64,000 bases of DNA from Candidatus Micrarchaeota archaeon (lineage in GTDB: Archaea; Micrarchaeota; Micrarchaeia; Anstonellales; Anstonellaceae): positions 25,439-89,438 of the forward strand of contig JAPLWX010000040.1 of the NCBI GenBank assembly GCA_026396415.1, written 5' to 3'. A model generated the notes under the pieces. The model saw nothing but the letters and a program-made list of their open reading frames with translations. It was not told where the DNA came from and made no database searches. The position numbers and the translations under genes are program-made. Shown in pieces: positions 48,000 to 57,179 of this stretch (the first letter of the stretch is position 1; each line of letters begins with the position of its first letter).

Positions 48000-49340
48000 T
48001 CAATCATGGAATACGTCTAAGCCGATGGGCACAAGAAGATGGAAGCCGGCCTTCCGCCTCACATGCTTGAACCCGCTGTTTTGCCTTGCATATCTCAGGC
48101 ATTCTTCCCGCATGCCTTTCGGAAGCCCCTTGGAAAGCCAAAGCGCTTTTTGCTGTATGCTCTCGAATTCGCTCTTCAGCGCAACAAGCGCAATCTCCGC
48201 CTTCATGCAGTCAGGCAATTTCTCCGCGTACTCAACCGCATATCTCTGCATGTATTCAATCGGGCTTGCTGCAGCTGCCTTGAGGCATTCCTTCTTCATT
48301 TCATCAGGCATCGCATTTGCAAGCTTGAAAACATCGAACTGGCTCTTCTCTTTTTCTCCCCCCAGGACGGAAATCGCCTTTTCATAGGCAGACTGCAGGA
48401 ATTCCGCATCAAGCGGGCTTGGGAAATTTTTCGAGTATTCCAGCCATTCCGGCGAATGCTGGTTTTCCAGCCACTTGATTGCAACCGGATAAGCTCTTTT
48501 CCTGAATTCATCGCGCATGGCTGCGGGTAGCGCCTCGCCGAATTTCGTGGAGCCTATGGAGTGCCAGTCCTTGTCACCTTCAAGCCTCTCGATGGCAATC
48601 GCAAACGCCCTTTTCCCGCACTCCTCCCTCATTTTTTCAGGAAGGCTTTCTGAAAGCTTGAGCGCGGCAATTTGCACTGTCTCAAACACGCTTTCCATTC
48701 CCTTGAGAGCCACTGTTTTTTTCATCTCATCAGGAAGGGATGCCGCTGCCTCTAAAGCAGGGCGCTGCACATACTCCTCCTGCCGAAGTTCGCCGTCTTC
48801 ATACGACCATGCCAGCCCCTTGAGGCAGCATTCCAGCCTCATCTCGTTCGGCAGCCCCTTGGAAAGCTCAAGCGCCTTAAGCTTCGCCTCATAATGTACA
48901 TTTTCCATTCCCCTGAGGTAGCATTCCTTTTTCATTTCGTCAGGCAGCAGCCTCGCCGCTGCATCAAGCGCCCCGCTCCACACAATCTGTTCGAATGATG
49001 CCGCTGCAAAACGCAGGATGCAAAGCATATCATCCTCATGGAGCGAACCCAAAAATCCGCTTATTCTATGCCATGACGCCCGGACCAATGTCCATTCCTC
49101 CAACGTGTTGCATTGCCTTCCCGAAGGGTCCAGCGACCAGATTAACCAATCCATTTCTTTTTTGGACAATCTCTGTTTTTCGACAATTGGCTGCGGAAAC
49201 GCTTTCATTACTGGCGCCGTGCGCACCTTGAACCGCAGCCAGCGGGAGTATAGCTTCACTGCAAGCGAGTCTGGATTATGCTCTTTTTTGATTTCAAGAG
49301 CCAACTCGAATTTATTCAGTTTCCTCATTTCCGGACACAT
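48000..49340 (-). CDS. Leader-motif protein 3, HEAT-like repeat protein
   Basis: WLRFKVRTAPVMKAFPQPIVEKQRL motif; about nine LP(D/E)EM(K/R)xEC-type repeats at ~31-aa spacing. Confidence 0.85.
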   Translation of the reverse strand: MCPEMRKLNKFELALEIKKEHNPDSLAVKLYSRWLRFKVRTAPVMKAFPQPIVEKQRLSKKEMDWLIWSLDPSGRQCNTLEEWTLVRASWHRISGFLGSLHEDDMLCILRFAAASFEQIVWSGALDAAARLLPDEMKKECYLRGMENVHYEAKLKALELSKGLPNEMRLECCLKGLAWSYEDGELRQEEYVQRPALEAAASLPDEMKKTVALKGMESVFETVQIAALKLSESLPEKMREECGKRAFAIAIERLEGDKDWHSIGSTKFGEALPAAMRDEFRKRAYPVAIKWLENQHSPEWLEYSKNFPSPLDAEFLQSAYEKAISVLGGEKEKSQFDVFKLANAMPDEMKKECLKAAAASPIEYMQRYAVEYAEKLPDCMKAEIALVALKSEFESIQQKALWLSKGLPKGMREECLRYARQNSGFKHVRRKAGFHLLVPIGLDVFHD

Positions 49341-49344
49341 TTCC

Positions 49345-51633
49345 TCAATCCACCCTGTTCCTTATCCTGCCGTAAAATCCGACATCGGACAGGCTCTTTT
49401 CAAGCACGCCCGGCATGAGATCGTCCATGAGCTTTTTCATTGATTCGTGGTCCCTGCCTTGCGAGTACACGTAGCCTGAGAACTCAATCTGCGTTTTGCG
49501 CGGCAGGAATGAAAGCGCCCTTGCAACCCTTTCACCCTTGAACCACATGCCTTCCCTGACCTGTTCCCAGAGTATTTCCTCTGCTTTTTCATAAAGCGGC
49601 GGCCGGTATTCCTCAGGCAAGGCAGGTATTGCCCCGAACAGGTTCATCTCAAGCGTGCGGGTTATTGTCTTTCCCTCAGGCGTCTTTTGCGGTTCAAACT
49701 TCCTGGCTATTCTCGCTGCAGCAAGCCCGTACAGCCCTGCCTGCCTCTTAGGAGGCTGGAATGCGATGAGCCTCACGAAAATCTCGCCAAGGCTGGTGAA
49801 ATCAAAATCGGGTTGCCTGATGAACTCCTCAAGCGCATCGCACGCAGGCGCCCCCAGCCTCTTCCTTTCCTTTTCCTTCAGGTAAGGGGCAAGAAGCACT
49901 GCTTTCTGCCTGTCAACAGTGGTATGTATTGCCTTCTGGATTTCCCTATCCTCATCGTTCAGCTCCTTTTTCACATCAAGAAGGCTTTGCCACAGCCACG
50001 GCGCGTCGCACCAGTCTCCTTCAAATGACGGCAGCAGCTCGTCGGCAGTGTAATCGCAAAGCTCGCCATTTCTCCCTTTTTCGCAGGCAGCCATTGCGTC
50101 ATAGGCGTGCCTGAACACAAACCCGTGCTTGCTCCTCAGTGCAACTGGCACCACGCGCTTGAGCCCTTCAAAATCAAGCTCCTTCACAAGCGGGGCGAAA
50201 GCCCTGAGCCGTTTATCGCTTGCCTTTGCCTTTTCTTCATCATCAGGCCCTGCAAATTCGTCAAGCAGCACCCTTGATTGCTGCTTTGGCGTGAGGGTGA
50301 GGAAGGCTGCTTCAAGGTCGATTTCATCCAGCTTCAGGCATTCCATTCCCTTGTTCCAAAGCCTGAACCTCAGCTTCGGCTCCACAAGCGCAAGCTGCGA
50401 GAACGCGGCTTTCCCGGCAGCGCCTCCCTTTTCCAGCCCAAGCGTTATCGCCCACCATCTTTTCTTCTCCTCGTCAACATTGTCCAGAAGCTCTAAAACA
50501 GCTGCCATTGCCTTTTCGCCCAGTACCTTGCTTTGGAGCAGCTCCTCCACAGCCTTGCCTATTTCTTCCTTTGATTCAAGGCGCAGCAGCCGCACTCCTT
50601 CAAGCGCTGTCACTTCCCACCTGTTCATGATGGATTTCTTTATCAGCTCCATCTTCGTTTTCTTCGTGAAATCCGGCAAAAGCCCCAGCACCTCAACAGC
50701 TGCGGCAGGCTTGCCTCCGGTCTCCAGCACATGCTCCACAGCCTTGCGCATCAGGCGCTTTGATTTCGCCTTCAGGCTCATTCCTTCCATTCCCTTTACG
50801 CCCTTTGTTTCGCCTGTCAGTATCGCCAGGCCTATTTTCGTCACTTCCATCTCGCCATTCCTTATTGCCTCGATCATGGGCGCATTCCGGAGCCTGGGCG
50901 GAAGCTTCACAATGCGCTTTGCAAGCCTCACTCCGGAAACCAACACGAATCCGTCTTTCAGGACGTACCTAATTATGTCTGAGATGGACTTGTCCGACTG
51001 GTGCTCCAGCAGCCCGATGCCAATCGAGGCGACCTGCTCGTTTCCGCTTGCAAGCGCTTTCTTTATGGGCCTTTCCTGCTGCTTGACTGGAAGGGAGGAT
51101 ATCAGATAAGCGACGCGCAGCTCTATTCCTGAATTGGAAAGCCCTGCTTCGACCGCGATTGCAGCAGACTCCGGCTCGTACTTGTGGATGTCCCGCTCAA
51201 GCACGCTGCATGCATCAATTGAAAAGACAGGCATTTTCAAAAGCTTTGTGACCATTGCGCAGGATTCCCTGGGGTCTTCCACCTGTTTCAGCCATTTTAT
51301 TATGTATCCGTTGAGTTCCTCCTGTCCTGCATTTCGCCTTGAAAGGAGCGCGGTTGCTATCCTGGCAGCATCATGAGGGTGAAGCATGTGGAGGTTCTCC
51401 GCCCACCAGTCAACTTTGATGCCCTCTGCATCGGCAATCTTTTCAATCGCGGTGCAAACATTTTGCAAATCCTTTTCAGGCATCCGCTCAGGGCGGATCT
51501 CGTCCCCCGGCAGCTTTTTCACTATGGGCGCGGTGCGGACAATCATTTTCTGCCAGTAGGTGATGGGCCTGCCGTGCTGCCTGTTTGCTGGCAAGTCCGC
51601 GCTTTTTTTCTCCCCTCTCTCCTTTTGTATCAA
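49345..51633 (-). CDS. Leader-motif protein 4, large HEAT/ARM-like solenoid
   Basis: WQKMIVRTAPIVKKLPGDEIRPERM motif; repeated helix-LP-helix units; TTG start after AGGTG. Confidence 0.85.
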   Translation of the reverse strand: MIQKERGEKKSADLPANRQHGRPITYWQKMIVRTAPIVKKLPGDEIRPERMPEKDLQNVCTAIEKIADAEGIKVDWWAENLHMLHPHDAARIATALLSRRNAGQEELNGYIIKWLKQVEDPRESCAMVTKLLKMPVFSIDACSVLERDIHKYEPESAAIAVEAGLSNSGIELRVAYLISSLPVKQQERPIKKALASGNEQVASIGIGLLEHQSDKSISDIIRYVLKDGFVLVSGVRLAKRIVKLPPRLRNAPMIEAIRNGEMEVTKIGLAILTGETKGVKGMEGMSLKAKSKRLMRKAVEHVLETGGKPAAAVEVLGLLPDFTKKTKMELIKKSIMNRWEVTALEGVRLLRLESKEEIGKAVEELLQSKVLGEKAMAAVLELLDNVDEEKKRWWAITLGLEKGGAAGKAAFSQLALVEPKLRFRLWNKGMECLKLDEIDLEAAFLTLTPKQQSRVLLDEFAGPDDEEKAKASDKRLRAFAPLVKELDFEGLKRVVPVALRSKHGFVFRHAYDAMAACEKGRNGELCDYTADELLPSFEGDWCDAPWLWQSLLDVKKELNDEDREIQKAIHTTVDRQKAVLLAPYLKEKERKRLGAPACDALEEFIRQPDFDFTSLGEIFVRLIAFQPPKRQAGLYGLAAARIARKFEPQKTPEGKTITRTLEMNLFGAIPALPEEYRPPLYEKAEEILWEQVREGMWFKGERVARALSFLPRKTQIEFSGYVYSQGRDHESMKKLMDDLMPGVLEKSLSDVGFYGRIRNRVD

Positions 51634-51910
51634 AAATCACACCTTGGGTCAGGCGGCTTGCCGTCGAAAATACCCGGCAGCCATTTTTCAATCCCGGCTT
51701 TCATATGCCCCTTCTTGTCCTTTATTTCGGTTACTGCGAGCGAGGCGAGAGGGTGGCGGTACTTGATTGGCAGCGCAGCTATCATGCGCGCTATTGCCTC
51801 AGCCGGGCTTTTTGGAGGCTTCAGATTCTTCAGCCAGCCCTGGCGCAATGACGTCCTCAATGCCCCAAATCCCTCTTATTGCCAGGCAATTGCGCACTTT
51901 TCATCCGCAT
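51630..51910 (-). pseudogene. Remnant of a HEAT-repeat paralog (C-terminal fragment)
   Basis: AIARMIAALPIKYRHPL..KDKKGHMKAGIEKWLPGIFD parallels RVARALSFLPRKTQIEF..RDHESMKKLMDDLMPGVLE at the end of 49345-51633; stops in all three frames in the 5' part. Confidence 0.5.
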
Positions 51911-51928
51911 TCCTCCTATGGTGCTCTC

Positions 51929-53122
51929 TTACTCTTCAGCTGGGCTAAGCTCCTCAGTCATCTGCTTGGCAAAATGCCGTGTATCGTGGTACAACGTGTC
52001 CTTCTCCACCTCAATGTAAAGCTCCAGCCTCAAATCTTTCGGCAGCATGCCTGCCGTTTTCTGCGCGGATTCGCGGATTTGCTGGTCTTCATAGTTATTC
52101 AAGATGCTGGCAATCTGCGCCTTGGCTATCCTGCAAATGATTCCAATTTCGTGCGAGTCGCCCCCAAATGCCTGCTCAAGACGGGTCAGCATTACACTGA
52201 GTGCTGTCCCATCATTTTTGTCAATGATCCTGTGGTAAATATCCGGGCGGTTCTTGCTTGGGAGCCTTCCAAGGATTTCAATGGTTTTTGCAAGGCAGCC
52301 CAAGTCTATTCCAATATGCTGCTTGATGCGCAGTGTGGCTTCGCGGTAGACAGTGTCGCGGAATTTTTCAGGAATCTTCTCAACCATGTCAATGCATGCC
52401 ATAATGGAATCTACGTTATACGCTTCACGGATGAAGTTCACAATCCTGTTCGCAACGGCTTCATAAACAGCATCCTTGCTTGCTTCGCCAAGCTTCCAAA
52501 CCGGTGTCAGGATGGCTTCCAATTCAGGCATATTGCAGGATTTAGCCTCTTTTCCAAGCAGGCTCGCCAGCCTGCCATCAAGTTCTGTGCTTGCGCCGTC
52601 CAGTGCAAGATCTATCAATGCCCCTGCCAGCTGGTTTTTCTCATCGTCGGTCTGGGCGTTTTTCAGCACCTCGCTCCGCGTTGCCCCGCCAACATTGATC
52701 TTCAGAATCCGGAGGGCATGCATGCAGAGGTCAGCCCTTTCTCCCTCATTTTTACGCTCAAATGAGGCTGCCAGCGCCAATATGTTCCATTTCATATGGA
52801 TATTTCCAAACTCCAATGGCGCAAGCTCATCCGCATCCTCGAAGCACAGCTGGTTGATTGTTTTCATGGTGTTGATGAACAAAAGCGAGGTCTTTTCATC
52901 AGTTCCACTGCCGCGGTTGTTTTCCAATATTTTTTTCAGGGCGTCCATTCCTTCCTTGCCAAGCCTTTTCACTTCAACGCGTTCAACAGGCAAGTCTTTC
53001 ATGATGGGCGTGATTGCCGGGTTTTTGCTTTGCCAGCCCGGCGGTATTATTTCTTCCTGAGGCTGCCCGCCTTTTCCTGTCGCGTCTCCCTCCCCTTTCT
53101 TCTTCCGTCCGAGCAACCTCAT
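51929..53122 (-). CDS. Leader-motif protein 5, helical repeat protein
   Basis: WQSKNPAITPIMKDLPVERVEVKRL motif; ATG53122 after GGTGGT RBS; EKIPEKFR / GRLPSKNR / GMLPKDLR repeats. Confidence 0.82.
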   Translation of the reverse strand: MRLLGRKKKGEGDATGKGGQPQEEIIPPGWQSKNPAITPIMKDLPVERVEVKRLGKEGMDALKKILENNRGSGTDEKTSLLFINTMKTINQLCFEDADELAPLEFGNIHMKWNILALAASFERKNEGERADLCMHALRILKINVGGATRSEVLKNAQTDDEKNQLAGALIDLALDGASTELDGRLASLLGKEAKSCNMPELEAILTPVWKLGEASKDAVYEAVANRIVNFIREAYNVDSIMACIDMVEKIPEKFRDTVYREATLRIKQHIGIDLGCLAKTIEILGRLPSKNRPDIYHRIIDKNDGTALSVMLTRLEQAFGGDSHEIGIICRIAKAQIASILNNYEDQQIRESAQKTAGMLPKDLRLELYIEVEKDTLYHDTRHFAKQMTEELSPAEE

Positions 53123-53221
53123 CAAACCACCATGATGCATCTGAGTAGGTTCGCACCTGCGCCAGCAGGCGCTGGTGCTACGTGTCATGCCATTCGCGAT
53201 AACACTATCCCAATTTTGTGT

Positions 53222-53275
53222 TGTGTGTCGAAAGGTATATAAAGAGATATTTATTTTGACACTTTAATACACACA
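53222..53275 (-). promoter_or_regulatory. Promoter/operator element copy B
   Basis: TGTGTGTCGAAAGGTATATAAAGAGATAT..ACACACA; same architecture as 47908-47961. Confidence 0.8.
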
Positions 53276-53286
53276 GAAAAAAGCAG

Positions 53287-53850
53287 CTAAAGCCTTCCCG
53301 CCATTTCTTCCGCCCGCATTTTCGCCAGCGATTTTGCCACTGACTCCGGAACCCTTGACTTCCATTCCTTCCCCTTTCGCATCCTTTCGCGCACCGTTGC
53401 GCCCCTGTACTTCCTGCGCGCAAGAAGCGGCACGCGCATCACTTTTTTCCCAGAGCGCCTCATGAGCCTCAGGACAAGCGCATTGTTTGAAAAGCAGACA
53501 TCGTAGCTCGGCACGTGCGCATCAAGGTACGACACCCACTCGTAGTCGTTCGGGATATCCTGCAGAAGGAACACCCTGCACCTGTCTGACAGCTTTTCCT
53601 TCACAAGCATTGCGCGCATCATCCTTTTCCTCTCCTGCGCGGAAAAGGGGTTCTTCTCCGTCCTTTTTTCCTGCGCGCTCCCAATCACAACAATCACGCG
53701 CGAAAAGCGCGCGGCAATGTATTTAAGCGCGAACAAATGCCCCTTGTGCAAAGGCTGGAACCTGCCGATGAACAGCGCAGTTTGCTTTTGGCGCGCACTG
53801 CCCGCGGGCTTGCGCCTGCCGATGAACAATGCAGCCTTCCCCTCAGCCAT
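53287..53850 (-). CDS. nadM: Nicotinamide-nucleotide adenylyltransferase
   Basis: LFIGRFQPLHKGH, IGSAQ, NPFSAQER, GATVRERM..WKSRVP; duplicated first strand (ALFIGR twice). Confidence 0.9.
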   Translation of the reverse strand: MAEGKAALFIGRRKPAGSARQKQTALFIGRFQPLHKGHLFALKYIAARFSRVIVVIGSAQEKRTEKNPFSAQERKRMMRAMLVKEKLSDRCRVFLLQDIPNDYEWVSYLDAHVPSYDVCFSNNALVLRLMRRSGKKVMRVPLLARRKYRGATVRERMRKGKEWKSRVPESVAKSLAKMRAEEMAGRL

Positions 53851-53865
53851 AAAAACACCTAAGAA

Positions 53866-55425
53866 TCAGTGCTTGAAGTGCCTTCTTCCTGTGAACACCA
53901 TGGCTATCCCGCGCTCGTCCGCGGCGGCAATCACCTCTGCATCCTTCACAGAGCCGCCCGGCTGCACCACGCAGCCTATGCCGCCGTCCGCAAGCGCGTC
54001 CAGCCCGTCGCGGAACGGGAAGAAGGCATCCGATGCCGCAACAGTGCCCTTGAGGTCAAAGCCATGCCTGCGCGCCTTCTGTATGGCGATGTTGCACGAG
54101 TCCACGCGGCTCATCTGCCCCGCCCCCACGCCCACAAGCTGCCTGCCATTCGCAATCGCAATCGCATTGGACTTTATGTGCTTGGCAAACTTCGTGGCAA
54201 AGTAGCAGTCCTCGAGCTGCTCTGCTGTCGGCTGCTTCCTGGTGACTACTTTCAGCGCGTTTTTGTCATAAATGCCCGGGTCCCTTCCCTGGAAGAGCAT
54301 GCCGCCCACGATGTAGCGGAACTCGACAGCGCGCTCCTGGCTCTGGTCCCACAGGTTGGACACGTCAAGTATCCTCCTGCTTTCCCTCTGCTTCAAAATC
54401 TCAAGCGCCTCGGGCTCAAATCCCGGCGCGAGGATTACCTCAAGGTACTTTGTGCCAATCGCCTTTGCAGTTGCCGCATCCACCTTGCGTGAAAATGCCA
54501 CAATGCCGCCGAACGAGGACTCGGGGTCTGAAGCATGCGCGCGCAAATAGCTCTCCTCGAGCGTCTTCCCTTCCGCGCCCCCGCACGGGTTGTTGTGCTT
54601 GAGTATGACTGTCGCCACCCCGTCCTTGAACTCGCGGATGAGCGAGAATGCGGACGATGCGTCCAGGAAGTTGTTGTAGGACATCAGCTTGCTTCCGGCA
54701 TATATGACGGAGTCGAAAATGCTCGTCCTCCCAAGTATCCTGTACGCAGCCGCCTGCTGGCTGGGATTTTCGCCGTACCTCAGGCCGTATGCCCTCTCGA
54801 ACTTCATCTCCAGGAAATCGGGGAACAAGTCATCCTTCAGCGCGCCCGACAGGTACCTGCAGATTGCGGCATCATAGGAACTCGTGCGCGCAAACGCCTT
54901 GAGCGCCAGCTCGCGCCTCATCTTCCCGGGCATTTCCCCCTTTTCCAGCGCATCCGCGACCGCATCATAGTCCTTCGGGTCCACCACAACGACGACATGC
55001 TCGTGGTTCTTCGCTGCCGCGCGCACCATTGCAGGCCCGCCCACGTCGATATTCTCAATCGCCTCTTCGAACTTCACCCCTTCCCTTCCTGCCACCTGCT
55101 CGAAAGGGTAGAGGTTGGCTACCACCATGTCAATGGGCTGAATGTTGTTCTTTTCCGCCTGGGCTTCGTGTTCCTTGTTGCCCCTCCTGTAAAGTATGCC
55201 GCCGTGTATTTTCGGGTGCAGCGTCTTCACCCTTCCCTCGAAAAGCTCGGGAAAGCCTGTGACATCCGACACCTCGCGCACCGAAATGCCCTTCTCCCTA
55301 AGGTGCCTTGCAGTGCCTCCGGTGGATATGATTTCCACTCCGCACGCACGAAGCCTCGCAACAAAGGCAGCCAGATTCCTCTTGTCCCAGACGCTCACTA
55401 GCGCGCGAGTAACCCTAAACGTCAC
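53866..55425 (-). CDS. purH: Bifunctional AICAR transformylase/IMP cyclohydrolase
   Basis: RALVSVWDK, STGGT, GRVKTLHPKIHGGIL, ENIDVGGP, LRYGENP, KHNNPCG, ASDAFFPF, QPGGS, RHFKH. Confidence 0.97.
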   Translation of the reverse strand: MTFRVTRALVSVWDKRNLAAFVARLRACGVEIISTGGTARHLREKGISVREVSDVTGFPELFEGRVKTLHPKIHGGILYRRGNKEHEAQAEKNNIQPIDMVVANLYPFEQVAGREGVKFEEAIENIDVGGPAMVRAAAKNHEHVVVVVDPKDYDAVADALEKGEMPGKMRRELALKAFARTSSYDAAICRYLSGALKDDLFPDFLEMKFERAYGLRYGENPSQQAAAYRILGRTSIFDSVIYAGSKLMSYNNFLDASSAFSLIREFKDGVATVILKHNNPCGGAEGKTLEESYLRAHASDPESSFGGIVAFSRKVDAATAKAIGTKYLEVILAPGFEPEALEILKQRESRRILDVSNLWDQSQERAVEFRYIVGGMLFQGRDPGIYDKNALKVVTRKQPTAEQLEDCYFATKFAKHIKSNAIAIANGRQLVGVGAGQMSRVDSCNIAIQKARRHGFDLKGTVAASDAFFPFRDGLDALADGGIGCVVQPGGSVKDAEVIAAADERGIAMVFTGRRHFKH

Positions 55426-55488
55426 AAAGTAGCCTCCATCCTCTTATGCCCCCTACATTTTTTAAATGCCGCCTTCCACACACTTGCC

Positions 55489-55821
55489 ATGCAAGGCGCA
55501 TTTGCAAGGAAAAAGGAGGAACACAAGCCCGTTGAAGTTCAGCATGCGCCAAAAGTTTCCCCATTCGACTCTTCAGTGCTCCTTTCGCATGAAAAAAAGG
55601 CGCCAGCCTCGCCGCCTTCCATGTCCCCCTCAATGTCCGAGGGGCCCATGGCGCTTCGCGAATCGCAGAAGGTGGAGAAGCACGGGCGCGACTCATTCGA
55701 GTACGACGTGAAGAAAGCGCTTGAAGCGATGAAGGCGCGCCTGGCAGCCAAGCTTGCCGCGCAGAAGAAGAAAAAGGAAAAGAAAAAGCGCAGGGAAAGG
55801 AAAAAGAAAGGCGGAAAGTGA
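55489..55821 (+). CDS. Small hypothetical protein with Lys/Arg-rich tail
   Basis: 110-aa ORF divergent from purH; low complexity; start uncertain. Confidence 0.45.
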   Translation: MQGAFARKKEEHKPVEVQHAPKVSPFDSSVLLSHEKKAPASPPSMSPSMSEGPMALRESQKVEKHGRDSFEYDVKKALEAMKARLAAKLAAQKKKKEKKKRRERKKKGGK

Positions 55822-55919
55822 GCCTCGCTCTTTTTGGCCATGCCGCAGGACAGCAAGCTTTATATTTCCATCACACCATCATTTAACACAACATATATTA
55901 CTGCTACGCGGTGCAGCCT

Positions 55920-56372
55920 ATGGACCCAAGCATGGCAAACGAAATGCAGCAGATGGCGGACTCTCTCATAATCAGGGCAAGGACGGGGGCGCAATGCAAA
56001 ACCGCAGCATCAATCTGCGTGACCTCCATAGGGCCTTCCGCGCTTGAATACCTCACGCGCAGCCTCGACCTGGCAATGCTTCACTGCGAGCCCAACGTCT
56101 CCATTGCGCTTGGCATGGCAATCATCGAAATCTGGGAATCAAGCCCCCAAGGCCTTGCAGTTGCAAAAAACAAGGAAAAAATACGCAGCCTCTTCTGCGA
56201 GCGCCCATCGCGCATCGACCCGGCAATAGACATGGTGCGCTATGGCCTTCTTTGCGCGTCAGGGAAATGCGCCCGCCGCCGCGCATCCGAGGATTTCCTG
56301 CGCGGGCCTGCGGACACGCGCGCGAGCGTGAACGCGGCGCAGGCGCACAGGCTCAAGATGCTGAGGAATTAG
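55920..56372 (+). CDS. Hypothetical helical protein
   Basis: GCGGTG RBS and an upstream TTTATAT box. Confidence 0.65.
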   Translation: MDPSMANEMQQMADSLIIRARTGAQCKTAASICVTSIGPSALEYLTRSLDLAMLHCEPNVSIALGMAIIEIWESSPQGLAVAKNKEKIRSLFCERPSRIDPAIDMVRYGLLCASGKCARRRASEDFLRGPADTRASVNAAQAHRLKMLRN

Positions 56373-56405
56373 CCGTTCATATGCCGCAGCACAAAGGTAA
56401 TTGCG

Positions 56406-57071
56406 ATGGTCACTGATAACGAAATACAATACGCCCATGCGGTCCTCACGAGGTTTCTTGTTGCTTACGAGCGCGACAAGGCGGGCGGCGTTGCCGCAGG
56501 CGGAGCTATTGCAGATATGGGCAAAGAGCTTGCTTCCCTTCCAGGCGCATATGCCGCTCTCAAGAAAGCACAGGCAGACGAGGCAGGCGGCGTTGGAACG
56601 CTAGCCACCCTGGAGGCTGTCTTCCTGTATGTCGCCACAGACAATCTCGCTTTCTTCCATGCAGAACTTGCCGCATTTGAAATGTACAAGGCAAATCCCG
56701 CCCATGGCTGGCAGGAAAAGAAAGCGGCAATCCAAGATCTTCTTGAGGCCTTCAAGCGCGCGGACGACAACGACAGGATCAGCAAAATGTCCGGCATACA
56801 TGGCGAGATTGTGGCAATGGGCAAAGAGGCTGAAAATCCAGGGGAAATATACAAGGCGATAAACGAGTTCGCAAACAAGGTGCCCGACCTGAAGGAAACC
56901 CTCCTGATGTATATCGCGCAGATAAGGCGCGCCCGCAGGGAAGCCAGCCTGAACAGCGCCGCAATGGAGCGCCTTGCCGGCATGAGGAAAAACCAGCCGA
57001 GCAGCAAGGACATCTTCCCGCCAAAACAAGCGCGCATCCCGCCTGGAAAACTCCCGATGTGCAGCAACTAG
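56406..57071 (+). CDS. Hypothetical helical protein
   Basis: 221-aa ORF with AGGT RBS and Pro/basic C-tail. Confidence 0.7.
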   Translation: MVTDNEIQYAHAVLTRFLVAYERDKAGGVAAGGAIADMGKELASLPGAYAALKKAQADEAGGVGTLATLEAVFLYVATDNLAFFHAELAAFEMYKANPAHGWQEKKAAIQDLLEAFKRADDNDRISKMSGIHGEIVAMGKEAENPGEIYKAINEFANKVPDLKETLLMYIAQIRRARREASLNSAAMERLAGMRKNQPSSKDIFPPKQARIPPGKLPMCSN

Positions 57072-57179
57072 CCGCTTGAAAAACCGGGCAAGAATCAGCT
57101 GCCTCGCCTCCAGCCTCCGCGCCCGCCATCCAGGCCCCGATGCTCCCCTGCCGTGCTTGATGCCGCCAGCCAAACCTCC

